Origin: Trueperaceae bacterium
GTDB lineage: Bacteria; Deinococcota; Deinococci; Deinococcales; Trueperaceae
Reading direction: 5' to 3'
DNA: 46,827 nt
NCBI GenBank assembly: GCA_040905465.1
Contig: JBBDRK010000076.1
Location: 25,967 to 72,793, forward strand
Positions 33,425-42,556 of this stretch are shown here, in pieces. The notes beneath the pieces are model-generated. The model was not told the origin of the DNA. It worked only from the letters and a program-made list of their open reading frames with translations, and did no database searches. Position 1 is the stretch's first letter. The number at the start of each line of letters is the position of its first letter. The position numbers and the translations under genes were made by a program.

Positions 33425-33955
33425 GTGACCAACTCATGTATTCGAATCATTGCCGCCTCGCTGACTGCGCTCGCCCTCATACCTTCGGCGTCCGGTAGTA
33501 TGGCGCCTCCCGATACGGCCCAGAATTCTTCCCAGAGCGGCAGCTCGACGCTGTCCACGGCGTCTCACGGAGTGTTGGGACCGTACCTGGTCGATGGCCA
33601 GGGGCGCGCGCTCTATCTGCGGGAAGCGCTCGATGCCGATGCCAGGGACTGTAGTGACGAATGCTCCCTGGTGTGGCCCCCATTCCTCACGCCCTCGATT
33701 CCGTCAGCAGGTGATTCTCTCGTCGCCGAGGAATTGATCGGCTCGACCCACGACGGAGCGGGAATGTCACAGGTCACCTACAACGGACATCCTCTTCACT
33801 ATTACGTCCTGGATGACCCGTCCCGGGAGTCGCCGAAGTACGAGTGGACGGAGACGTTGGGGCAGGTGGTACACGACGAGTGGGGGCGATGGTTCCTCGT
33901 CACTCCCGAAGGTGAAAAGCTGGAACGGCTTCTCCACTCGCCCCCAACTCGTTGA
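33425..33955 (+). CDS. COG4315-type secreted repeat protein
   Basis: Signal peptide; LGPYLVDGQGRALY, CSDECSLVWPP, QVTYNGHPLHYY; GGAG RBS before GTG 33425. Confidence 0.8.
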   Translation: MTNSCIRIIAASLTALALIPSASGSMAPPDTAQNSSQSGSSTLSTASHGVLGPYLVDGQGRALYLREALDADARDCSDECSLVWPPFLTPSIPSAGDSLVAEELIGSTHDGAGMSQVTYNGHPLHYYVLDDPSRESPKYEWTETLGQVVHDEWGRWFLVTPEGEKLERLLHSPPTR

Positions 33956-33979
33956 CCGAAGGCGAGTGGACGAGAAATC

Positions 33980-34660
33980 ATGTTTAGGCTACTACCCCGT
34001 CCAACGCTGCGTACACTGGCGCTGGTCCTCTGGGCACTACTCCTGGCCGCATTCTGGCTGGGAACGCGTCAGGCAGACGCCGGCCCGCTCGACTTCCTGC
34101 TCAACGCAATCGATGAACTGTCACGGCGGCCATGGGCGCCGGCAGGTCTGTTGGCCCTTTACCTGCTCCGGCCCCTGCTGCTCGTACCCGTCACCATACT
34201 CAACCTCGCCTCGGGACTGCTTCTGGGGCTGCAAGCGGGTCTGGCACTGGCTATTACCGGCACGCTCCTGTCCGCCACCGTCGGATACGGGATCGGCCGC
34301 TTCAGCGGCTCGCCTGACTTGACGGAAAAGCTGTCGTCGCGGTGGCCCCTTGTCCGGACGCTGCGACGGCGAAGCTTCGAGACGGTTGTCGCCGGCGGCC
34401 TCATGTATCTGCACGCGGACATGGTCAACCTGCCCGCGGGCCTGCTAAGGATCCACTTCCCCACCTTCCTGATCGGTATTACCTTCGGCAATGCCCTGAC
34501 TCTGTCGACGGCGGTGCTGGCGGGTGCGTCGGTGGAGGGCGGGTTGAGGGACGCCAAGATATCGGTGGAGCCGGAATACCTCGTGCTGGCAGCAGCACTC
34601 TTCCTCGTCAGCCTGGCGCTGGCTTACCTCCTCAGAAGGCGCCTTCACCTGCCGCAATGA
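33980..34660 (+). CDS. TVP38/TMEM64 (DedA/VTT domain) membrane protein
   Basis: LYLLRPLLLVPVTILNLASGLLLG, DMVNLPAGLLRIHF..FLIGITFG. Confidence 0.85.
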   Translation: MFRLLPRPTLRTLALVLWALLLAAFWLGTRQADAGPLDFLLNAIDELSRRPWAPAGLLALYLLRPLLLVPVTILNLASGLLLGLQAGLALAITGTLLSATVGYGIGRFSGSPDLTEKLSSRWPLVRTLRRRSFETVVAGGLMYLHADMVNLPAGLLRIHFPTFLIGITFGNALTLSTAVLAGASVEGGLRDAKISVEPEYLVLAAALFLVSLALAYLLRRRLHLPQ

Positions 34661-34756
34661 CACGGCGGTGCCTTGCACCTGGGAGCTGCGCGTCGCCTTC
34701 ATATTCGGCGTGCCCGTACTCTCCGACAAACCGGCCCTTAACGTAGCTGGCCGCGG

Positions 34757-37063
34757 TCACCGCCTCGGCAAGATCGGCCAGACCCGCACGCTGCCGTCGC
34801 GGGACCGGGAGGCGAGCCAGCGGCCGTCACGGCTGAACTCCAGCTGCTCGATCCGGTCGTGGTGGCCCGATAGCGGCGCCAGGTATGCGCAGGTTTCGGC
34901 GTCGCGCAGTTGCACGGTGCCTCGTCGGTCACCGGTGGCGATGTACGGTCCCAGTGCCACCGCCGTCACCTCCGGCCACTCACAGATTCTCTCACCGTCG
35001 CCTGCATCCCACATGCCCGTGGCGGCCGCCAGTCGTGTCCAGTCGAGCGCCACCGGTGTCCCGTTGGGCGGCATCTCCTCCAGTACCAGCAGCTCGCCAG
35101 TCACGATGTCCCAGAGCCACAGGCCTGACGGGTACAGATGACATTCGAAACAGTGAGCGGGCATCAACTCCTGATATGCCACCAGTCGGTCCCGCTGCTC
35201 GCCGAAGCGGATCGCGTCCGGCGGGAGGATCTTCCACTCCTGCCCCCATTTTGGGTCGGCGGGAAGAGGCCGCCGCACCTCAAGCAGATTCGGGCGCAGC
35301 CACCCCTCTCGCGTCACAGGCCGAAAGTTGATCATCCGCACGTGCTCGCCGGCGACCGCTGCCAGCCAATCGCCGGTGCGGTCGATGGCTGCTCCCCTGC
35401 CCCAAGCCCCGGACGAGAAGGCCAGGGGCAGGTACTCGAAAATTGGGACCCTGATCGAGCCCTCGGTGAGTTCCACCAGCTCGTCCACCAAACCACGCAG
35501 GGCCGCCTCGCTTTCGCCTGACAACCGATCCTCCGGAAGTGTGATCGTAAGCTCCCCATCCGACTCCCACAGGGGCGGCTCCGGTCCCAGTGGAAGGAGC
35601 GCAAGGTCCACTCCGCCTCTCGCGCGCAAGATCAGCTGTCCGTCGGCGATCAGCTGCCGCTCCCCACCGACGCGCGCGTCGTCGCTGGTCGTAGTCGCCG
35701 ACTCCAGCCGCGGCGACCCGCTCGCCAGATCGAAGGTGCGCACATGGCGATTGTCGCCCAGCACAACCAGAGTGCCGTCCCGCCTGAACGTCAGATCGTC
35801 GGGGTAGGCGGTGTGCCCCTCCAGTGACGCCGTCTGCTCGCCCGACCGCAGGTCCAGCACCACGACCCGGTACGCCGATACGAAGCCGTCGTGACGTGTC
35901 AGCCAGGCCAGCGAGGCGGGTGCAACGAGGACAATGGCGCGGCTTTCGTTGTCAACGTAGGTGACGCTCCACAGCCAGTCACCGGGCAGCAGGTCGAGCG
36001 CTGCCGCCAGCCGTCCGGTCCGAGCGTTCCAGACAGTCAGGCTACCCTCCTCTTCCCGGGCCAGGTGGTCTTCGGATGGTGAGAAGTGGAAACCGCCATG
36101 CGCCTCGCGCGGACGAGCCGACGACTCGAGGCGGCGAACCACCTCTCCCCCGGGAAGCGAGCGCAACTCGACCCCCTCGTCGCCGGCTGTGACGATCGTT
36201 CGCCCATCCGCGGAGCGCGTCACCCAACGCCTCCCCCGGAACTCGGCCCGCAGTCGTGCGCTCGAAACGTCGAAGAGCTTCAGGCCCTCGCGGTCCGAGA
36301 GCAGCAATTGTTCGTCGCCCGGCTGAACCATCAGGGTTCCCTCGTCGTCGGCAGCCGCGTGAATGATTCTCTTCAGCACCTTGCCGGATCGGTCCAGGAA
36401 CAGGAGGTCGCGGCCGTTCAAGGCAACGATCCCGCCGCCCACCCGCCGCGGCGTCCGCAGCTCCCGAGGTTCGAATCCGGCGTCCCTCAACACCGGGAAG
36501 AGCGGACTACCCCCACTCCCCTGGTCTTCTCTCGAAGGGGAAGAGAGCACCAGTTCCCTGTTGCCGATCCAACGCCAGGCGATGTGGCAGGGAACATCGG
36601 CGGCGATTTCCAGCAACTCGGAATCGGCAGCTGCCGCCTCGCCGAGACCGGGCCAGGACTGTGCCGCGCCACCGGGCAGCGACCACTTCACGACCCTCCT
36701 GAACTCGGGTCCGCATTCGAACGCGTAGTCGTAGAACGCGTAGAGCGCCGAACCATCCGGCGCGAATGCCAGGCCGCCCGCGAGGCCAGGGGACCACCAC
36801 GTGTCGATAGGCGGCGCTTCGAGAACGATAACCTGCTCGCCACTCGCGAGATCCCACAGCACCGCCCCCACGCTGCCCGCCGTCGCAATCGTGCGGCCAT
36901 CGGGCGCAATGGCGGCCGAGTGCAGCGTTCCGAAATTCAATAGATACGACCGCTCGGCGTAGACTTCGCCGCCATCTACCTGGCCCCAACCGAAGGAGAA
37001 AAGCGGCAAGGCGGCCGCCAACGCCATCGACAACGATGGCCGGAGAGCTGCGAACACCGGCAT
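34757..37063 (-). CDS. Secreted WD40/beta-propeller repeat protein
   Basis: N-terminal hydrophobic signal; APDGRTIATAG..LWD, LEGHTAYPDDLTF, LSGHHDRIEQLEFSRDGRWLASRSRDGSVRVW. Confidence 0.85.
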   Translation of the reverse strand: MPVFAALRPSLSMALAAALPLFSFGWGQVDGGEVYAERSYLLNFGTLHSAAIAPDGRTIATAGSVGAVLWDLASGEQVIVLEAPPIDTWWSPGLAGGLAFAPDGSALYAFYDYAFECGPEFRRVVKWSLPGGAAQSWPGLGEAAAADSELLEIAADVPCHIAWRWIGNRELVLSSPSREDQGSGGSPLFPVLRDAGFEPRELRTPRRVGGGIVALNGRDLLFLDRSGKVLKRIIHAAADDEGTLMVQPGDEQLLLSDREGLKLFDVSSARLRAEFRGRRWVTRSADGRTIVTAGDEGVELRSLPGGEVVRRLESSARPREAHGGFHFSPSEDHLAREEEGSLTVWNARTGRLAAALDLLPGDWLWSVTYVDNESRAIVLVAPASLAWLTRHDGFVSAYRVVVLDLRSGEQTASLEGHTAYPDDLTFRRDGTLVVLGDNRHVRTFDLASGSPRLESATTTSDDARVGGERQLIADGQLILRARGGVDLALLPLGPEPPLWESDGELTITLPEDRLSGESEAALRGLVDELVELTEGSIRVPIFEYLPLAFSSGAWGRGAAIDRTGDWLAAVAGEHVRMINFRPVTREGWLRPNLLEVRRPLPADPKWGQEWKILPPDAIRFGEQRDRLVAYQELMPAHCFECHLYPSGLWLWDIVTGELLVLEEMPPNGTPVALDWTRLAAATGMWDAGDGERICEWPEVTAVALGPYIATGDRRGTVQLRDAETCAYLAPLSGHHDRIEQLEFSRDGRWLASRSRDGSVRVWPILPRR

Positions 37064-37134
37064 GGAGGCACTATGGCATGCTTGGTGTCACGGGTTTCCT
37101 ACCGGAGCTAAGCTCATTCGAGGGCGGCGTCGCT

Positions 37135-37860
37135 TCAACCTCCGTCTGCCCGAGAGTGCTCGCGATAGCCGCCCGCAATTCGCCTCACTACCTGCAGGTG
37201 GAACCACTCGTGATACACGAGACGTCGGAGAATCTTCCGCATGCTCCAGAGTTCACCTACGTGGCGTTCCACGCGCGCTAGGTTAGATGATGGCAGGTTA
37301 CTCAGCCAGGTCTCTGCCAAGGCGCGGGTGCGCTCCAGCCGCTCCCAAACCGTATGGCTGCGGACCAATGGCGGGAGGCCACGCCAGAGCCGACCGAGGT
37401 ACCACCGCTCAACGTCCGCCACGTGCCGAAGCTGGCGGCGAATCGTATGGGTCTCCGGCTTAGCTGGTTCTTGCCAGTCGAGTCCCGCCTCCGGGACCGT
37501 GCACGCTACGGAGAGCAGTTCGTTCCGCGTACAGGAAAGTATGCGCAGCCGCTCGCTCACTTCCTCCGGCCTCGGCGGCATCCGTTCAGCCGGGAACAGG
37601 TGCATGCTCCCATCCAGCGCACTGCCGCGCCGCGACAATTCCTCGGCCACCTCCAGCCCGGTTGGCCGATAAGGGGTCGTATCGAAGTCCGGCCATCCGC
37701 GATTCAAGACATCCAGGAAGTCGTCGACCTGCCCTGGCAACGTCGCTAGGACCGAATCTCGACTCGTGCCACGCGCATGGCAACCGGCCAGCGGCGGATC
37801 CACCAGCCAGCCGAAGTAACTGCCATCCTGGCCGCGCACCAGCCAAACCATGTGCTTCAT
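37135..37860 (-). CDS. HicB-like N-terminal domain fused to a DinB-family domain
   Basis: N-terminal GSYFGWLVDPPLAGCHARGTSRDSVL; C-terminal TIRRQLRHVADVERWY and WSMRKILRRLVYHEWFH; AAGGA RBS. Confidence 0.8.
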   Translation of the reverse strand: MKHMVWLVRGQDGSYFGWLVDPPLAGCHARGTSRDSVLATLPGQVDDFLDVLNRGWPDFDTTPYRPTGLEVAEELSRRGSALDGSMHLFPAERMPPRPEEVSERLRILSCTRNELLSVACTVPEAGLDWQEPAKPETHTIRRQLRHVADVERWYLGRLWRGLPPLVRSHTVWERLERTRALAETWLSNLPSSNLARVERHVGELWSMRKILRRLVYHEWFHLQVVRRIAGGYREHSRADGG

Positions 37861-38084
37861 TGTCCTTCATCTCCTTGGGCACTTTCGACGACTATCTGGC
37901 ATTTCTCACGAATCGATCGCGTCACTGGGGAACTGCGCAGACGGATTTCGATCTCTAGCCGATTTACCATCGCGGCAACCCAGGGCCGAGCAACTCGCGT
38001 CGACCGGTTCCATATGCCAAAGTGTATTTCAACGCGGGCTCGCGGCGCCGGTGGCCTGCCGCCCGGTCCCGGTACTATCGACCG

Positions 38085-38447
38085 ATGGTCTGTCGCTTCG
38101 CTCTCCTCAAGAGGGTCATTGCGCTGCTAACGATGGGTTCCGGCCAGCCGTTGAACCTGGGCGCGGAGCAGTTGGAGTGGCTTGAGGCGAACGCACCTAC
38201 TCTCGAATCCGTTGACCCTTTGAGCCTCCCGCTATTCTTCCTCGACCTGCGAGATGTGGGGAGGGAAGATAGCCGGTGCCTTGCCGAACCGCAGTTCATG
38301 CGCAACGTCGGGGCGTGTGCCTTGCGCTCCCTAACAATGGAAAGGACCGGCGCCCCCGTGCCGGTCCTTTCTCTTTACGGTGCTTCCGCTGCCCCGTACA
38401 GAAGAGAATACGGCACCGGAAGGGGTACGAATAGACACGGGTGCTAG
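38085..38447 (+). pseudogene. Probable truncated relic of a secreted erythromycin-esterase-family gene
   Basis: Leaderless TACTAT-6nt-ATG; signal-like N-terminus, then QLEWLEANAPTLESVDP; similarity decays and the frame runs through a terminator. Confidence 0.4.
38340..38376. terminator. Bidirectional intrinsic terminator
   Basis: GAAAGGACCGGCGC-CCCC-GTGCCGGTCCTTTC followed by TCTTT. Confidence 0.75.
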
Positions 38448-38534
38448 GGGTGATATGTGACGCGTGCGAGCCAGGCAGCGGCAGTGCACTGAGCAAGTTG
38501 CAGCCAGTGCCTCGATCCGCCGCGACTCCAGCGC

Positions 38535-39452
38535 CTACTGCCGGCTCGTGTTCCCCGTCCGTATCCGCACGTCGACTCCCCATGGGTCGCTGGACGAAAA
38601 GCCGTCAGCGTGGGACGCCACCTCGAACCCGCGCGTCCGAAGGCTTCTGGCGACCGCCTCGGCATCCGAAGCGGAAGGAACGATGAGTTCCCATTCGACC
38701 ATCCGGGCATCCTCGGCTCCCGCCACCGGTGCGCCGGTGGCCCACGTATTCACTCCCAGGTGGTGATGATAGCCGCCGGCCGAGAGAAAGAGCGCCCCCG
38801 GATAGCTCCACACCGTCGGTTCGAACCCGAGAGCGTTTCGGTAGAACGCTTGCGCCTCGGACAACTCGTCGACATGCAGGTGCACGTGACCGATGCGAGT
38901 GCCCGATGGCATGCCGGCCCAGTCTTCGGTCCCGGATGCCTGCAACAGGTTGCGGATGTCCAGCGGCTTGGTATCCATGGCCAACTGCCCGTCCTGAAAG
39001 CGCCACGAGTCCCGGGGACGGTCGGCATAGACTTCTATGCCCAGGCCGTCGGGGTCCTGCAGGTAGAAAGCCTCGCTCACCAGATGGTCGGACGCGCCTA
39101 CCCGCTCATCGATATTCCCCAGGTGACGCGCGAAGCGTCCCAGCGACTCGCGGTCGGGCAGGAGAACTGCGAAGTGATACAGGCCGAGCCGTCCACCCGG
39201 CGGAACCGCCCGGGCGCCGGGTCGCTCCTGTAACTCTACGAGCGGCGTGCCGTCGGCCGCGCCCAGTACCGCTTGAACACCGGAGGTCGTGCTTGTTTCG
39301 AGGGGCTGCATGCCCAGCACTTCGGTGTAGTACCCGAGCGAGCGGCTCAGGTCCGCGACCTGAAGGCGCACCGGTCCCAGCTCCAGTTCAGTCGGAAGTC
39401 GGAAGCCCGAATCCGCGGGCGAGTGGCTGTCATTTACGTTGGTACTGTTCAT
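38535..39452 (-). CDS. VOC family protein, catechol 2,3-dioxygenase (CatE)-like
   Basis: LGPVRLQVADL, GLYHFAVLLP, DHLVSEAFYLQDPDGLGIEVYADRP, IGHVHLHV, GGYHHHLGVNTW; start ATG 39452. Confidence 0.92.
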   Translation of the reverse strand: MNSTNVNDSHSPADSGFRLPTELELGPVRLQVADLSRSLGYYTEVLGMQPLETSTTSGVQAVLGAADGTPLVELQERPGARAVPPGGRLGLYHFAVLLPDRESLGRFARHLGNIDERVGASDHLVSEAFYLQDPDGLGIEVYADRPRDSWRFQDGQLAMDTKPLDIRNLLQASGTEDWAGMPSGTRIGHVHLHVDELSEAQAFYRNALGFEPTVWSYPGALFLSAGGYHHHLGVNTWATGAPVAGAEDARMVEWELIVPSASDAEAVARSLRTRGFEVASHADGFSSSDPWGVDVRIRTGNTSRQ

Positions 39453-39674
39453 CGGTCCATTCCTCGCTGTCCAGATCCCACTGCGGCTGCCGGCAGTGAG
39501 GACCGTCTGACGTCCTGCAAGTCGCACTATAAAAAGCAGACTGCAAATCGGCTGTCGCTTACTGCCGATTCGGGTCCGGGCGGAGCAAAGTAACGTCAGA
39601 TGATCTAACTGCCCCGGGACCCCAGAGCGCTTCCATCCGCGTTCGGTCCCGTACCCTCCGAATCGGGAGTTGTC

Positions 39675-40922
39675 ATGGACATCTACATGCTGGTGCTCAC
39701 GATAGTAGGCCTGGCGTTCCTGGGAGCCGCCTGGGTGCCGCTGCTGATCTACAAGGCGCCGGTTTCGTTCCCGTTCCTCTATATCGCGTTCGGGCTCGCG
39801 CTGTTTTCGCTTCCGCTCGGTCTCTTCCTCCCCAACCCGCTGGAGAGCAGCTTCTTCACCGAACGCTTCACCGAGATCCTGGTGATCATCTCGCTTACCG
39901 GAGCAGGGCTCAAGCTGGCCCGTCCGATCGGTTGGCGCAGTTGGCAGGTTACCTGGCGGTTGCTGCTGCTGGCGATGCCATTGACGATAGCGTTCACGGC
40001 ACTCTTCGGATGGTGGGTGATCGGGCTGGCACCCGCTTCCGCGCTGCTGCTCGGGGCAGTGCTGGCGCCTACCGATCCGGTACTCGCTTCGGACGTGCAG
40101 GTGGGACCGCCTGGGGATCCGAAGGGTGGCGAGGCCCGATTTACCCTTACCTCGGAAGCGGGCCTGAACGACGGGCTGGCCTTTCCGTTCACACACTTGG
40201 CGATTGCCGCCGCGGCCGCCGGAACGTCTGCCGGACTGTCATGGATAGCCGAGTGGGCGCTTTACGAACTGCTGTTCAAGGTCGCAGTCGGCGCGGCCGC
40301 CGGGATCGGCATCGGTTTCGCACTATCGCGGTTGATCTTCAGCCTGCCGCCGAGCGCAAATACCGCCCGGACTTCGTCACGTGACAGCTTCGTCGTCGTG
40401 GCCGTGACGCTGCTGACTTACGGCGTAACCGAGCTGTTACATGGTTACGGTTTCCTGGGAGTCTTTCTCGCTGCACTCACTATCAGGCAACAGGAACGCG
40501 ACCATCCCTACCAGGAGCAGCTACACGACTTCACCGCCGGCCTGGAGCGGCTGTTGATGACGCTCATGCTCATCCTGTTCGGAGGCCTAATAGCTCAGGG
40601 CCTGTTGGCCGGATCGAGCCTCACCATGTTCGCGGTAGCGCTCGCGGTCGTATTCGTTATTCGTCCGCTTGCCGGGCTCCTGTCACTGGCCCGCCTATCG
40701 ATCCTGCCGGTCGAACGCAAGGTCATCTCCTTCTTCGGCATTCGCGGTATCGGCTCGCTCTACTACCTCTCATTCGCGCTGAACCGGAAGGATTTCGCTG
40801 GCCATGAAGCCCTCTGGCAAACCGTCAGCCTGACGCTGCTGCTGTCGATAGTAGTGCACGGCGCAAGTGCTTCGATCGCAATGGCCCACCTGGACAGTCG
40901 GGCGCCGGCAAACGCCGATTGA
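39675..40922 (+). CDS. CPA1-family cation:proton antiporter (NhaP-like)
   Basis: LAPTDPVLAS, RFTLTSEAGLNDGLAFPF, FFGIRGIGSLYY, VVHGAS. Confidence 0.92.
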   Translation: MDIYMLVLTIVGLAFLGAAWVPLLIYKAPVSFPFLYIAFGLALFSLPLGLFLPNPLESSFFTERFTEILVIISLTGAGLKLARPIGWRSWQVTWRLLLLAMPLTIAFTALFGWWVIGLAPASALLLGAVLAPTDPVLASDVQVGPPGDPKGGEARFTLTSEAGLNDGLAFPFTHLAIAAAAAGTSAGLSWIAEWALYELLFKVAVGAAAGIGIGFALSRLIFSLPPSANTARTSSRDSFVVVAVTLLTYGVTELLHGYGFLGVFLAALTIRQQERDHPYQEQLHDFTAGLERLLMTLMLILFGGLIAQGLLAGSSLTMFAVALAVVFVIRPLAGLLSLARLSILPVERKVISFFGIRGIGSLYYLSFALNRKDFAGHEALWQTVSLTLLLSIVVHGASASIAMAHLDSRAPANAD

Positions 40923-40972
40923 AGGTTGGCGGGGGCAGCCTGGAAACCAGGATCGGTCCGGCAATTACCCGG

Positions 40973-41482
40973 TCAGGCGCCGGCCGGCGCGTCCGAGGAG
41001 GCGAGCAGCAGCTCGGCGATGCGCTCGAGACCCGCCGCATCCTGGTCGCCGAAGCGCCCGAGCGACGGACTGTCTATATCGAGGACGCCGACGAACTGCC
41101 CATCGGCAACGATCAGCGGCACCACGATCTCCGAGCGCGACTCGCTGTCGCAGGCGATGTGGCCCGGGAAGGCGTTGACGTTCGGCACGCATACGGTACG
41201 CTGGCTGACGGCACTCGTACCGCACACACCACGCCCCACGGGGATGCGCACACACGCCACCTTCCCCTGGAATGGACCCAGGACCAACTCCTCGCCGCGA
41301 AGCAGATAGACGCCGCACCAGTTGACGTCTTTCAGCGAGTGAAAGATCAGCGAGCTCAGATTGGCGCTGTTGGCGATAAAGTCGCGCTCGCCCTCGAAGA
41401 GGGCAGTGGCCTGGGTGGCGAGATCCAGGTAGGGGTCGCCGGTCGGCTCGCCAGTGAGGCTGGCACGGGTACGCTCGTTCAC
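40973..41482 (-). CDS. msrC: Free methionine-R-sulfoxide reductase (GAF domain)
   Basis: NWCGVYL, LVLGPFQGKVACVRIPVGRGVCG, FPGHIACDSESRSEIVVPL, VLDIDSP; leaderless TAGGCT-5nt-GTG. Confidence 0.9.
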   Translation of the reverse strand: MNERTRASLTGEPTGDPYLDLATQATALFEGERDFIANSANLSSLIFHSLKDVNWCGVYLLRGEELVLGPFQGKVACVRIPVGRGVCGTSAVSQRTVCVPNVNAFPGHIACDSESRSEIVVPLIVADGQFVGVLDIDSPSLGRFGDQDAAGLERIAELLLASSDAPAGA

Positions 41483-41543
41483 CTTTCAGCCTAACCTGGT
41501 CGGGCGATCTTGACCGAGAAGACGGGCTACGCGGGGGCGGCCC

Positions 41544-41583
41544 GAGCTTCCCCCAGTGGGGCCCAGAGCTTCCTCCAGTGGGG
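41544..41583. repeat. Tandem near-identical 18-mer, 22-bp period
   Basis: GAGCTTCCCCCAGTGGGG (41544) and GAGCTTCCTCCAGTGGGG (41566). Confidence 0.8.
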
Positions 41584-41785
41584 GCGAAGTCGAATGATGG
41601 CTCCAGGCTAGACAGCAGTCGTGCATGGATTCAGACGCCACGCGGCGTGCGCGTTCAGATGCCACAATCGCGCAGTGTGCGCGTTCTTACACCATTGCAC
41701 CTATCGATTAGATGCATCCGCTTCTATCGACGGCCGGCCAGCGGCGGCTACGATTCGTCCCATAGGGGCTAACGCCCCGGAGATG

Positions 41786-41815
41786 AGGCCGGCACGGGGG
41801 CGCCGGCCTTTTCTC
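41786..41815 (+). terminator. Intrinsic terminator with no annotated upstream gene
   Basis: AGGCCGGC-8nt-GCCGGCCT followed by TTTCTC. Confidence 0.65.
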
Positions 41816-41984
41816 ATTCCCCGCTGTGCCGTGCTGCACGGCACGGATGTCCTACCGGGCGAGACCGGCGTCTTTGCGAGCAGCCGTATCGGGGGTCAAG
41901 TCGCATTCGGTTGCGTCGTATCGTAATAGATTCGAGCGCAGCAAAGGTCGCCGCCCCGCCATGCACGCAAGCGGAGGGAAGTCC

Positions 41985-42509
41985 GTGATCCTGCCCCTTC
42001 TCCTTTCGACATTCGCCGCCGGCATGATCGCTACAGCGATCATGGTCTTCTTCCTGTACCTCCCGCGGCTCTGGGACGCCCCGACCTACGACGTAATGGG
42101 GGCCCTGGGATCGGCAATAACCGGTAATGAAGGCCAGCGGGCACGATTCATGGGTACCACCACCTACTTCCTCGTCGGCATCCTCTTCGCACTGCTGTAC
42201 GGCTGGATCGTAATGGCGATGCTCGACTCACCGAGAAGTATCTCCCTCCCACGCTGGTCGGTGCTCGCCGAAGCACCACTGGAGATCGACCTTCTGTTCC
42301 CCCTCTTCGGCGCACTGGTCGGCCTGGTTCACGGCATTGTCGTCGCGCTCCTGGTTACGATCGTGGTGATCGAGCATCACCCGATCCCGAAGTATCGGAG
42401 CCGCGTTCAACTGATTCCGTCACAGGTCCTCGCGCACGTGATATTCGGAGCGACCGTCATGTTCTTCCATCATCAGTTCCTGCAACTGCTGCTGGGACAA
42501 GCGACCTAA
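41985..42509 (+). CDS. Four-TM membrane protein with conserved-looking His residues
   Basis: GGAGG RBS before GTG 41985; four hydrophobic segments, GLVHG, EHHP, AHVIFG. Confidence 0.8.
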   Translation: MILPLLLSTFAAGMIATAIMVFFLYLPRLWDAPTYDVMGALGSAITGNEGQRARFMGTTTYFLVGILFALLYGWIVMAMLDSPRSISLPRWSVLAEAPLEIDLLFPLFGALVGLVHGIVVALLVTIVVIEHHPIPKYRSRVQLIPSQVLAHVIFGATVMFFHHQFLQLLLGQAT

Positions 42510-42556
42510 GCCACCTGAACAATGAGCTTGATAAGGTTTTCAGCGACGGTGCACCG

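Noticed and set aside
33196..33558. N-terminal extension of the DinB ORF
   Set aside because: Overlaps the opposite-strand COG4315 gene; DinB similarity starts at ATG 33195
37857..37970. 37-codon minus-strand ORF overlapping the HicB-DinB start (possible hicA)
   Set aside because: No HicA signature (GSH motif, dsRBD-like pattern), too short, no SD
39453..40196. 553-aa ORF suggesting a long N-terminal fusion on the VOC protein
   Set aside because: The extension is mostly antisense to the antiporter; the real start is ATG 39452 with GAGGA upstream
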